Assembly: GCA_050252075.1 (NCBI GenBank)
Contig: JBFWLP010000003.1
Location: forward strand, 2,195 to 66,194
DNA: 64,000 nt
From: Burkholderiaceae bacterium
Lineage (GTDB): Bacteria; Pseudomonadota; Gammaproteobacteria; Burkholderiales; Burkholderiaceae_B
Reading direction: 5' to 3'
The notes below the pieces were generated by a model. The model was not told the origin of the DNA. It saw only the letters and a list, made by a program, of their open reading frames with translations, and ran no database searches. Every line of letters starts with the position of its first letter. Position 1 is the first letter of the stretch. The translations under genes and the position numbers were made by a program. Of the stretch, positions 37,620-46,626 are shown piece by piece.

Positions 37620-40600
37620 CTAATTTAAATGGCTTCGAATGCGGCCTGCCAGATCCTTGCTGCCATAAGCGTCGTCGAGTATTAATGCCAATTTTTCACG
37701 CTGGGTTTTACTTAGCTTATGAAGCTGGTTGATGTCCCTGATATAAACCGCATCTGCGGTTGTCAGCTGGTTTATGCCTTGGTGAATTTGCCCTTTCAGC
37801 ACGTATGGTGCAAATAGCCGTATACGCTGCTCAAGCAACGTGTGCAGCATGAAACCATGTTCGCGCATCCACTGATCGATTTCCGCGAACAATGGTTGAT
37901 TTTCGTATAGCGGAATAAAGTTGACTTCGGTTTGTATAACCAAGGCATCCTTGAGCTTTTGTTCGCCATGACGGAAAACAGCCAGCTCGCCGCCTTGAAT
38001 ATCAATTTTCAACCAGTCAATGTGGTCTATTTCATTGATGTCATCCAGCCGCACGGTTGTCAAGGGGATTTCCTGGCGTACTTTTGCCCAGTCGGGGTAT
38101 CCCTGAAAGTGGTTCAGTAACGCTGCGTTCGGCTTGAGGGTTGACGTCATTCCTGACGCCTGGCAAACATAGAGCGTCGCTGCACGTCCGTCGCCTACGG
38201 CGTAAGGCAGGTAGGTTTCGTTCGGCCCTTTGGTGCGTAACAGTGTATTTAGAGCGTCGGTCTGGGGTTCAAAACCCACCAGCTTTACCTGCTTTTTCTG
38301 CAGCAGCTTTTTATACGGAGGGTCGCCGTCGATCGGATTTGCTCCGATATCGACCACGTACAGCTCTTTTGAGTTCGCCGCTACGTTTGAATGCTGGGAG
38401 TCGTCCATGGATGTCAGGATGGCTTGGTTGAGTGGGGTATCTGCAGGGCTTGCACCCGGCAAGTAGCGCCCATCGTCTTGCAGAGCAGGTAACGTTGTTT
38501 TTACCGAAGTGGTATCAGAATGCCCCGCTTGTGCTTGATTAATAAAGCGGGCATCCAGCCAAGCGCGATAACGTTCCGCGTCGGTGGTGCTGATAGTAGC
38601 CAGCAGCGAGTAAGGCAAGTCGTAAATCTGGAAAGCGGTGTGCAGCAAAAAGGCAAGCTTGCGCTTGTCATTTTCGGGCCTCTGTTCCAGCATAGCTGGT
38701 GACGGAACAAATAACGCATCGAAACTAAGCAGCTTGGTAGCCTGCGTGCCTGAAGGATCGATTTGCTGATTAAAATAGCTGAAATAAGAAGGATTGCTGA
38801 ACTGATAAAAATCGAAACCCTTGTCTTTCAGAAACCCTTGCAGTGCGTCAAGCGTAGCCTGGTTCTGATACCTTGGTGTGGCGTTTAGTCGTACTTGAAT
38901 CAGTAGCGCTGAGGCCAGTTTGGATGATGCATTTTCCAGCAGTGTTAATGCATCGGTAGTTTCATCCATTAACAGCCAGTCCAGTTTTTCAACGCCATCA
39001 ATATCGTCTAAACGGCTGCTGGGTAAACTGACCTTGGCCAATGTATGAATGGGGTCGATAGCTTGTGCGCCATCATCACTGGCACCCAATGGTACTAAGG
39101 TTGAGGAATGCTGGTTATTCAAACATGCGTGCAGTGTCGCCGCAGACCCATTACCAAGAACGTGGTTCGGCACATAATGTAGATCGTTGCCGGAAAGCTG
39201 GCCAGCGTAATCCTTAAGCCGCGCTGCGGGGTCGAATACGACGGCTTCATGTACCTGAAGGTTCAGCAACGGTTTAAAGCGGTCGTCGGTGAGCAGTCGG
39301 CCGCCATGGTCGATCGCCACCAGTTTCCCGTTGAAAGAAAAGGAAAAATCCTTCGCCTTATCGTCAGCCCAAAGCCCGGGTAATTCAAAAGGTTTTGTTT
39401 CGCCGTCAAACCACGCTTTACCTTGTTTGTCCAGGGTTAACGCCGCAGGGGGTTTGCCTTCACAATAGCGGCTCCAGATGGCTCGCATAGCCAATGTAAA
39501 GTTCTTGGCGAACCGTTTGTAATCGCACAACGGCGATTTCTGCACCTGTTCCGGCAGCTTCTGGCGCAAGATTGCAAGATACTGCGGATTCATGGCCAGT
39601 TCGACGGCAATATCCTTGTACTGATCCCAATCGTTGGCCACCAGTTCCGGCAGACCGGCATTGGTCAAATGCGTGGCGCTGTGGCGCCCTGCAAAGGTGG
39701 GGCCGGGGTAGGTTACCACCGGCACCCCCATAATCAAGGATTCGCACGTAGTTAGCCCGCCGGAATATGGCCAGGGGTCTAGCGCAACATCAATTTTGTT
39801 GTACGTATCCAGTAGTTCGTAGTGCGGTGAATGGCCTTCAAATTCGATTCGTGAAGGCTCGATGCCGTGCTCGAGGAACTGGCTGCGAATACGATCTAAA
39901 AACTCCTGGTGGTCGTATTGGGGGCCTTTCAGAAGCAGATGGCTTTGCGGCACGCGATGCAGAATATCGGCCCAGTGCTGAACAATGACAGGGTTGATTT
40001 TTGAAGGATTGTTGAAGCAGCCGAATGTGATGTGGTTGTTTTCAAAGAAAGGCACATTTTTTATCGAAGGCCTGTCTCCCCGGGGGGTGTAGCAAATGTA
40101 ATCGTCAGGTAGGCGAATTATTTTTTCGGTATAGAAATTGTCGCAGCCGTTAGGGGTTTCTATTTCGTCGCTCAGAAAATAATCAATCGTATCAAGGCCG
40201 GTTGTATTTATCTGCCCCCCAACCCATTTCACTTGGATTGGGCTAGGCTTGGTTGCCATGGTCAATAGCCTGTTACCCTCGGTGTGGCCACATAGATCAA
40301 AAAGGATATCTATTTGATCATCTTGTATCTTGTCGGATAAAGCATCATGACTGAGTGCAGTTACACTTTGCCAGTAATCGAAACGGCTCTTGAATAGTTC
40401 TGTAATAGAGTCAGAATCATCGCGCATGCTGTATGCATGTAGCTCAAACTCTGATGGCGACAGGCGGCGCATTGACGAGATTATCATCTGGCCTACGGGA
40501 TGGATCCGAAGCCCTGCTGAAATAAACCCTAACTTTAACTTTCTATTAGGGTCTTTATTTGTTTTTTCCCTAGGTTTTGTTTTTACCTTGAATATTTTTT

Positions 40601-41354
40601 TCCAATCCAAGTGCTTCTGAAAAATATACTCGTTGCTGTGTGCAGGGTTGTAATGCAATGACATCAAATAGTTCGAATAAATTTCGACTCTTTCAGGGTC
40701 AAGCTTATGCGCTTTCAAATAGGCGTTTTCCGCTTTTTCGTAGGCTCCTATTGAGCGATAGGCGCCGGCAATATTCGATAAAGTGGCCGTATTGTTTGGA
40801 TTGTCCTTTAATATTTTCTCCAGGACATATAGCCCCTCAGAAAAATTTCCTTTTTTTGTAAATGAATTTGCTTTTCGGTTGCTTAATATTATATTTTCAG
40901 GGTGCTGTGTAAGGGCAAGATCTAACTCTTCTAAGCACTCATCGTACTTCCCCAGGTCGTACAAAAGTTTAGTGTGCAAATCACTCAAGGTAAAAGATTG
41001 CTTATTGATGCTCGATGCTTTTTTTGCATGTATTAAAGCAGTGATGAGGTCGTGTTTTGTGTACGCAATTTTTGCCAGTGCTTCTTCTAGTGCTTCGTCG
41101 CTTGGCAACAACCCTTGTATGCTTGTTATTATCTTTTCTGATTCTAAATGTTTGCCTTCTGCAAAAAGTGATAGTGCCAGAATTTTTTGCAGCTCTGGGT
41201 CGTTCAGAAACGGACTGTTTGACTCGTCAAACCAGTTAATTATCGCTTTAAAATTATTGTTTTTGTAAAGTGACAACAGGGATGTTAGTGCCTGCTGTTT
41301 GGTGTTGTAAGCGCTGGCTTTTCCAGTGCTTCGCTGCTTGTTTTTACGGTTCAT
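37620..41354 (-). CDS. Multidomain putative flagellin-modifying enzyme: TPR repeats + GT41 (SPINDLY/OGT-like) glycosyltransferase + two FkbM-type methyltransferase modules
   Basis: 1244 aa, clearly AT-richer than its surroundings. Residues ~1-260 are TPR-like helices. Residues ~270-650 carry GT41 blocks (IDILFDLCGHTEGNRLL..KPSPIQVKWVGG..TTGLDTIDYFLSDE; FGCFNNPSKINP; DVALDPWPYSGGLTTCESLIMGVPVVT). Residues ~690-880 are a degenerate FkbM-like module. Residues ~1010-1244 are an FkbM module (VVDIGAN...WLKIDIQGGEL). Lies directly downstream of fliC. Confidence 0.8.
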   Translation of the reverse strand: MNRKNKQRSTGKASAYNTKQQALTSLLSLYKNNNFKAIINWFDESNSPFLNDPELQKILALSLFAEGKHLESEKIITSIQGLLPSDEALEEALAKIAYTKHDLITALIHAKKASSINKQSFTLSDLHTKLLYDLGKYDECLEELDLALTQHPENIILSNRKANSFTKKGNFSEGLYVLEKILKDNPNNTATLSNIAGAYRSIGAYEKAENAYLKAHKLDPERVEIYSNYLMSLHYNPAHSNEYIFQKHLDWKKIFKVKTKPREKTNKDPNRKLKLGFISAGLRIHPVGQMIISSMRRLSPSEFELHAYSMRDDSDSITELFKSRFDYWQSVTALSHDALSDKIQDDQIDILFDLCGHTEGNRLLTMATKPSPIQVKWVGGQINTTGLDTIDYFLSDEIETPNGCDNFYTEKIIRLPDDYICYTPRGDRPSIKNVPFFENNHITFGCFNNPSKINPVIVQHWADILHRVPQSHLLLKGPQYDHQEFLDRIRSQFLEHGIEPSRIEFEGHSPHYELLDTYNKIDVALDPWPYSGGLTTCESLIMGVPVVTYPGPTFAGRHSATHLTNAGLPELVANDWDQYKDIAVELAMNPQYLAILRQKLPEQVQKSPLCDYKRFAKNFTLAMRAIWSRYCEGKPPAALTLDKQGKAWFDGETKPFELPGLWADDKAKDFSFSFNGKLVAIDHGGRLLTDDRFKPLLNLQVHEAVVFDPAARLKDYAGQLSGNDLHYVPNHVLGNGSAATLHACLNNQHSSTLVPLGASDDGAQAIDPIHTLAKVSLPSSRLDDIDGVEKLDWLLMDETTDALTLLENASSKLASALLIQVRLNATPRYQNQATLDALQGFLKDKGFDFYQFSNPSYFSYFNQQIDPSGTQATKLLSFDALFVPSPAMLEQRPENDKRKLAFLLHTAFQIYDLPYSLLATISTTDAERYRAWLDARFINQAQAGHSDTTSVKTTLPALQDDGRYLPGASPADTPLNQAILTSMDDSQHSNVAANSKELYVVDIGANPIDGDPPYKKLLQKKQVKLVGFEPQTDALNTLLRTKGPNETYLPYAVGDGRAATLYVCQASGMTSTLKPNAALLNHFQGYPDWAKVRQEIPLTTVRLDDINEIDHIDWLKIDIQGGELAVFRHGEQKLKDALVIQTEVNFIPLYENQPLFAEIDQWMREHGFMLHTLLEQRIRLFAPYVLKGQIHQGINQLTTADAVYIRDINQLHKLSKTQREKLALILDDAYGSKDLAGRIRSHLN

Positions 41355-41493
41355 GACAGATCACGTAGGGGGCTTGTAGTGGCTGGGTTATCAGCTGATT
41401 CTACAATTGCCTGACTATTTCTGTGGTACGAATAGCAGGTAAAAAAAGCACTATTTGGCTAGATTGTTTTGGAAAATAAACTCTTTAGCCATG

Positions 41494-41529
41494 AAAAACG
41501 GGCTCTCCAAATAGCGGAGAGCCCGTTTT
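41494..41529 (-). terminator. Rho-independent terminator after fliC
   Basis: 11-bp GC-rich stem ACGGGCTCTCC/GGAGAGCCCGT with a 7-nt loop, followed by TTTTT on the minus strand. Lies 20 nt after the fliC stop. Confidence 0.8.
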
Positions 41530-41549
41530 GTAAGCTACCTGGCGTCAAA

Positions 41550-42713
41550 TTAACGCAGCAGAGACAACACGCCTTGAGGCAACTGATTCGCTTGCGCCAG
41601 AACGGAGGTTCCAGCCTGTTGCAGAATCTGAGAGCGAGTCATATTTGCTACTTCCACCGCGTAGTCTGCATCTTCGATTCGCGAACGGGCAGCCGTCAGG
41701 TTTGTCGAATTCGTTTGCAGGTTGGTGATGGCAGTTTCAAGACGGTTTTGAATCGCCCCGAGATCAGATCTTAAGGTGTCTACGGTTGTCAAGGCCGTGT
41801 CCAGGGCAGCCAACGGATTATCCGTTGCGCCAGTTTTTAGTGCCCGTGCAGTCAGATCACTCATGTCCAGCGTGAAAGCGGCAGTAGTGGTGGCTGTTGC
41901 AGCATCGTTCGGGTTTAGTGCAACATAATATACACGGTTCTCTAAGCCCGTTTCTGCCTGTTCTGTTGAGGTAAGAGCAGCGACTGTGACTTGGGCAAAC
42001 CAGTTGCCTGCGTCGTCTACGAGCGCGTTAGCGGTATCGATCGTGACCGTGCCTGTAGTGATTCCAAGATCCGTTTTAAATTCTGCAGTGCCAGCCGCTG
42101 TAACCGATGAGTCTGCAATCTCTGTGGTTTCGCCCCATGCGGCCTCAAATGCAGCAGTAGATGCTGCAACTGGGGTGCCTTTCGCGCCATTGACATTGAA
42201 TGTCGACAGGTCAAGTGAATTGGAGGTAATCGCTTCCAGATCAATTTCGATCACTTCACCGTCATTGGCACCCACCTGAATGTTCAGTGTGGTGTCGTTC
42301 GCCAGAACTTTTACGCCGTTGAAGTCGGTTTGTGCTGAAATACGGTCAATTTCAGCCAGGCGTTGATTAATTTCAGCCTGCAGTGAGTCGCGGTCGGCAG
42401 TCGTGTATGTATCGTTCAGTGACTGAACGGCCAGTTCACGAATGCGTTGCAGGTTGGTGTTGACTTCGTTCAGCGCGCCTTCGGCGGTTTGGGCTACCGA
42501 AATACCGTCGTTGGCGTTACGCTGGGCTTGTGCCAGGCCGCGAGTTTGTGCGCTCATGCGGTTGGCAATGGCCTGGCCGGCGGCGTCGTCTTTGGCGCTG
42601 TTGATGCGCAGGCCCGACGACAGGCGCTCAATGGCGTTGCCCAGGGCGGATTGGGATTTCTGCAGGTTGTTCTGAGCAACCAGGGACAGATAGTTGGTGT
42701 TGATAACTGACAT
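41550..42713 (-). CDS. fliC: Flagellin FliC
   Basis: Start at the ATG at 42713, with AAGGAG 7 nt upstream. MSVINTNYLSLVAQNNLQKSQSALGNAIERLSSGLRINSAKDDAAGQAIANR... C-terminus SQILQQAGTSVLAQANQLPQGVLSLLR. The central domain is Thr/Ala/Ser-rich. Confidence 0.95.
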   Translation of the reverse strand: MSVINTNYLSLVAQNNLQKSQSALGNAIERLSSGLRINSAKDDAAGQAIANRMSAQTRGLAQAQRNANDGISVAQTAEGALNEVNTNLQRIRELAVQSLNDTYTTADRDSLQAEINQRLAEIDRISAQTDFNGVKVLANDTTLNIQVGANDGEVIEIDLEAITSNSLDLSTFNVNGAKGTPVAASTAAFEAAWGETTEIADSSVTAAGTAEFKTDLGITTGTVTIDTANALVDDAGNWFAQVTVAALTSTEQAETGLENRVYYVALNPNDAATATTTAAFTLDMSDLTARALKTGATDNPLAALDTALTTVDTLRSDLGAIQNRLETAITNLQTNSTNLTAARSRIEDADYAVEVANMTRSQILQQAGTSVLAQANQLPQGVLSLLR

Positions 42714-42844
42714 GATGAACTCCTTCGAGTAACAAATACGGCGACACGAGATCCGCCTGATTGCCAAGAAGAAAACGTTGGGTTTCTGTGCCGTATTACT
42801 GGTTTACACCCTGACTTAAAGCCGTTTCTTCCTGTTCACTCTCG

Positions 42845-42871
42845 TTAACGGCCCGGTTTGGAACAACTTTA
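42845..42871 (-). promoter_or_regulatory. Sigma-28 promoter for fliC
   Basis: Minus strand reads TAAAGTTG-N11-GCCGTTAA. The -10 element ends 132 nt upstream of the fliC ATG. Confidence 0.8.
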
Positions 42872-42991
42872 GGGCGAATCGCATAAATATTTTTGGCTTC
42901 ATGCGTTACATGTATGTGGGTGGATTCTTCTTCTCAAACGACTCCGGTGCGTCGTATAACCCTGTTTGGCAGACTGCATAAGGGGGGGGCG

Positions 42992-44197
42992 ATGAAATTT
43001 GGTTTTACGGATCCCATGTTTGAAACGTGGGCGCAGCGGGCGCTGCTGAATGTGCCGGGCGGCGGGGCCGAGGTGGGCGAGGTGGCGGCCATGGTGGGCC
43101 GTATTCCCGATGGGGATCGAGGGGCGTGGTTTGCGGCCTGGACGGCGTTGGCCGACAAATTGTCGGACCAGGCCGGGCAGTGCCTGCGCCAGGGGCACCG
43201 GGCAAGTGCCCGGCAGCTGTTTCAGCGGGCCAGTACGTATTACCGCTTGTCGTATCCGTTGTTGTTCGGGCGGCCCACCGATGCCCGGGTGGTTCAGGGG
43301 TATCAGCGTGAGGCGCAGGCGTTTGCGCAGGCGGCGGCGCTTTTTTCCGAGCCGGTGCAGGCGGTGGAGATTCCGTATGAAAATACGACGTTGCCGGGGT
43401 ACTTTTATTCGGGCGGGCCGGGCACGCGTCCGTTGGTGGTGTGTACCAATGGCTACGATGAAACCTTGCATGCCATGCACTATGCCCATGCGGTGGCGGC
43501 GCAGCAGCGCGGCTACCATGTACTGGTGTTCGACGGCCCTGGGCAGGGGCGGGCGCTGATCGAACAAGGGCTAACCATGCGGCCTGACTGGGAAGCCGTG
43601 GTGCAGCAGGTGGTGGATTATGCAGTGGCGTTGCCGGGCGTGGATGCCTTGCGCATTGCCCTGGTGGGGTGGAGTTTTGGCGGGTATCTGGCGCCGCGGG
43701 CGGCGGCGGGCGAGCCGCGTATTGCGGCGTTAATTGCCGATCCGGGCCAGTGGGATATGCTGGATGCGGTGCGCGGCATGTTCAGCAAGATGGGGGCCGG
43801 TGAGCTGGCCCGGGCGTTGCCGCAGGCCACGGAAAGCGATTTGCAGCCGGTGGTGCAGGCCATACAGGCCAATCCGGCCCTGCGCTGGACAGTCATGCAG
43901 CGCGGTTACTGGGTGCATGGGGTGGATTCGTTTTCGGGGTATGTGCAGGCGCTGGCGCAGTTTCGCCTGTCGCACCTGGCCGGGCAAATTGCCTGCCCCA
44001 CGCTGCTCACGTGGGCGAAAGACGATCCTATTGCCGCCTTTGCCCCGGTGCTGTATGAATCGCTGAACTGCCCGAAAACCCTAATAACATTCAGTGCCGA
44101 TGAAGGCACCGGGGGCCATTGCGAAACGTTGGCACGCTCGGTGTATCACCAGCGCGCCTACGATTGGCTGGGGCAGGTGTTCAACCACCCAGGTTGA
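42992..44197 (+). CDS. Alpha/beta-fold hydrolase
   Basis: Start moved to the ATG at 42992, after AAGGGGGG. Nucleophile elbow GWSFGG. Overall resembles the FrsA / dienelactone-hydrolase-like family, judged by eye. Confidence 0.65.
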   Translation: MKFGFTDPMFETWAQRALLNVPGGGAEVGEVAAMVGRIPDGDRGAWFAAWTALADKLSDQAGQCLRQGHRASARQLFQRASTYYRLSYPLLFGRPTDARVVQGYQREAQAFAQAAALFSEPVQAVEIPYENTTLPGYFYSGGPGTRPLVVCTNGYDETLHAMHYAHAVAAQQRGYHVLVFDGPGQGRALIEQGLTMRPDWEAVVQQVVDYAVALPGVDALRIALVGWSFGGYLAPRAAAGEPRIAALIADPGQWDMLDAVRGMFSKMGAGELARALPQATESDLQPVVQAIQANPALRWTVMQRGYWVHGVDSFSGYVQALAQFRLSHLAGQIACPTLLTWAKDDPIAAFAPVLYESLNCPKTLITFSADEGTGGHCETLARSVYHQRAYDWLGQVFNHPG

Positions 44198-45152
44198 GGT
44201 TGCGCGATTTAACCAGCTCGGCCCATTTTCTGGCGTCGGTGCCGATGAACTCTTCGGTTTGTTGCGGGGTGCTGGGGCCGGTGATCATGCCGGCCGCCTC
44301 AACGGCGGTTTTGAATTTGTCGGTTTTCATAATGTCGTTGAGCAGGGCGTTCACCTTGGCAATGCGGTCGGCGGGCGTGCCTTGCGTGGTGGCAACGGCA
44401 AACCACTGGGTGGCGTCGTAGCCCTTGATGCCGGCTTCCTGCACGGTGGGTACCTGGGGCAGGCTGGGCAGGCGGTAGGTGGTGGTGACGGCATAGGGCT
44501 TGAGCGCGCCCGACTTCAGGTGCGGCAGCACGGGTGTGGGGCCCAGAATGGCCAGCGGTACCTGGGCGCCGACAACGTCGGTAACGGCCTGGCCGCCTCC
44601 TTTGTAGGGAATCTGGGTCATTTGCACGCCGGCCAGGTCATTCACCAGTTCACCGGCCAGGTGTTGCGAGGTGCCGGTGCCCGATGTGGCGTAGTTCCAC
44701 CGGCCGGGGTTGGCCTTGGCGCTGGCAATCACTTCCTGCAGTGTGTTTTCCGGGTTTTTGGACGGCCCGGTAATGATCATGGGGCCTTGGGCCAGCAATA
44801 CCACCGGCGCCAGTTCTTTGCCGACCGATGGTTCCGGGCGCGGGAAAATGATGGGGCCGGGCACGGTGATCAGCAGGGTGTCTTTGGGGTCGGCCTTGGC
44901 CACGAATTGCAGGGCGATCGAGCCGGATGCGCCGGGGCGGTTTTCCACCACGACCGACTGGCCCAGTTTTTCGCCTAGCTGTTCGGCGGCAATGCGGGTC
45001 AGCACGTCGGCGGTGCCGCCGGGTGCGAAACCGACAATCCAGCGCACAGGGGCTTGCGGCCAGTTCTCGGCTGCCAGGGCCGGCGCCGACAGGGCCAGGG
45101 TGCAGGCGGCCAGCAGGCCGCGCAGCAACAGGGGGTGTTTCAGATTTTTCAT
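44181..45152 (-). CDS. Bug-family (TctC-like) periplasmic solute-binding protein
   Basis: 323 aa. Signal peptide followed by WPQAPVRWIVGFAPGGTADVLTRIAAEQL...ENRPGASG, typical of tripartite tricarboxylate transporter receptors. Confidence 0.85.
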   Translation of the reverse strand: MKNLKHPLLLRGLLAACTLALSAPALAAENWPQAPVRWIVGFAPGGTADVLTRIAAEQLGEKLGQSVVVENRPGASGSIALQFVAKADPKDTLLITVPGPIIFPRPEPSVGKELAPVVLLAQGPMIITGPSKNPENTLQEVIASAKANPGRWNYATSGTGTSQHLAGELVNDLAGVQMTQIPYKGGGQAVTDVVGAQVPLAILGPTPVLPHLKSGALKPYAVTTTYRLPSLPQVPTVQEAGIKGYDATQWFAVATTQGTPADRIAKVNALLNDIMKTDKFKTAVEAAGMITGPSTPQQTEEFIGTDARKWAELVKSRNLNLGG

Positions 45153-45179
45153 GGGGTTGTCCAGTAAGCAAGAAAGGGG

Positions 45180-46511
45180 TTAGTGGGTGTCCGGGGCGCC
45201 CGGTAGTGTGTTGGGGTGCGCTTTTACGCTGTCGTTGAAGGCGCGGATCATGCGCAGCATGGGGCCCATCACCCAGGTGTTGAAGATCAGCACATCGCTT
45301 TCTTCCTTGGGGTCGGTCAGCAGGTTGAACAGGTAGGGCGATTCCAGCTTGCCTTCACCCTTGTTCACCTCGGGCTCCCAGTAAAAGTGCAGTTTCCAGT
45401 GGCGCCATTTCACGGCGCGCAGGTCGTTCTTGATGTAGAAGAGGAACCCTTCGCGGTTCGATTTCTCGTTGCCCAGGAAAAATTCGGTCTGGTCCACCCC
45501 GTCGATGGGTTTGCCGGCGGGCAAGGGTGCACCGGCCAGGCCGGCCAGGGTGGTGAACAGGTCGGTAACATGCACGATTTCGTTGCTGACCCGCCCCGGC
45601 TGCACTTTGCCGGGCCAGCGGATAATGAAGGGCACGCGCAGGCTGCCTTCCATGGCGGTGTGGTAGGTGCCTGTCCACATGCCGGCCGACCCGCGGTAGG
45701 GGCGGCGAAATTCCGGGCCGTTGTCGCTGGCAAAAATGAAGACGGTATTTTCGGCAATGCCCAGGTCGTCCACTGCCTGCATGATCTGGCCAACCCGATG
45801 ATCCATCTCGATGACCGAGTCGGGGAAATCGCCCGCGCCGGAGCGTCCGGTAAAGTCGGGGTGCGGCAGGGTGGGGAAATGCAGGTGCACCATGGGGAAG
45901 TACAGGAAGAACGGCTGGTTTTGCCGGTGCCGGCGCTGCATGAAGTCGACGCTGCGGTCGACCAGGTCGGCGTCGATGCCGCGGCGCGCGTCCAGGTCGT
46001 ACACCTTGACATTGCGCGAGGGTTCGCCCGCCTTGCCTTCCATAATGTACGGCAGGTCAACCACACTGGGGTCGTATCCCACGGTCGACGTGAACTGACT
46101 TTCGTCGGTGGTGCGGGGTATGCCGTACCACTCGTCGAAGCCGCGATCCGACGGGAAGCGGCCTTCAATGTCGCCCAGGTGCCATTTGCCGAAATGGGCG
46201 GTGGCGTAGCCTTGCTGCGACAGCAGCTGGGCCAGCGTGGTTTCGTCGCGCGTCAGGCCCTGGGGCAAACCGGCGGGCACCGACTGCAGGCAGCCGGTGC
46301 GTATGGGGTGGCGCCCGCTCATCAAGGCCGAGCGCGTGGGCACGCAGTCGCTTTCCACGTTGAAGTTTTGCAGCAGCAAGCCTTGCGAGGCCAGGCGGTC
46401 GATATGGGGGGTGGGCTGGCCGCGCAGGGCGCCGCCGCCGTAGCAGCCCAGTTCACCCCAGCCCAGGTTGTCGGCAAGAATTAAAACGATGTTCGGTTTC
46501 TGGCAGGTCAT
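45180..46511 (-). CDS. Arylsulfatase-family (formylglycine-dependent) sulfatase
   Basis: Start at the ATG at 46511 (MTCQKPNIVLILADNLGWGE). CxPxR motif CVPTRSALMSG. No obvious signal peptide. Confidence 0.8.
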   Translation of the reverse strand: MTCQKPNIVLILADNLGWGELGCYGGGALRGQPTPHIDRLASQGLLLQNFNVESDCVPTRSALMSGRHPIRTGCLQSVPAGLPQGLTRDETTLAQLLSQQGYATAHFGKWHLGDIEGRFPSDRGFDEWYGIPRTTDESQFTSTVGYDPSVVDLPYIMEGKAGEPSRNVKVYDLDARRGIDADLVDRSVDFMQRRHRQNQPFFLYFPMVHLHFPTLPHPDFTGRSGAGDFPDSVIEMDHRVGQIMQAVDDLGIAENTVFIFASDNGPEFRRPYRGSAGMWTGTYHTAMEGSLRVPFIIRWPGKVQPGRVSNEIVHVTDLFTTLAGLAGAPLPAGKPIDGVDQTEFFLGNEKSNREGFLFYIKNDLRAVKWRHWKLHFYWEPEVNKGEGKLESPYLFNLLTDPKEESDVLIFNTWVMGPMLRMIRAFNDSVKAHPNTLPGAPDTH

Positions 46512-46626
46512 TGCGCCGGTGTTTCCAAAAAGATAAATAAATTGCCAAGCACAGTGGCATTGCATTATAGGTAGGGGTGGTTTCGTGATTTAATTCCCAA
46601 TTGTTGGTAATTAAGTCTTTTTTGGA

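Noticed and set aside
41355-41493. Sigma-28 promoter for the giant GT41-FkbM ORF
   Set aside because: The minus strand has a good -35-like TAAAGAGT, but the sequence 11 nt downstream (AACAATCT) does not resemble GCCGATAA.
37545-42991. Mobile-element boundaries for the AT-rich flagellin/GT cassette
   Set aside because: I looked for an integrase, a transposase, a tRNA target or flanking inverted or direct repeats and saw none. The block is reported as compositionally atypical, not as a mobile element.
42893-42991. Longer start for the alpha/beta hydrolase
   Set aside because: The upstream 33 codons lie in the AT-rich fliC promoter region. The ATG at 42992 has a strong purine-rich ribosome-binding site.
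45216-46484. 422-aa ORF antisense to the sulfatase gene
   Set aside because: The sulfatase frame carries the CxPxR signature. The antisense frame has none.
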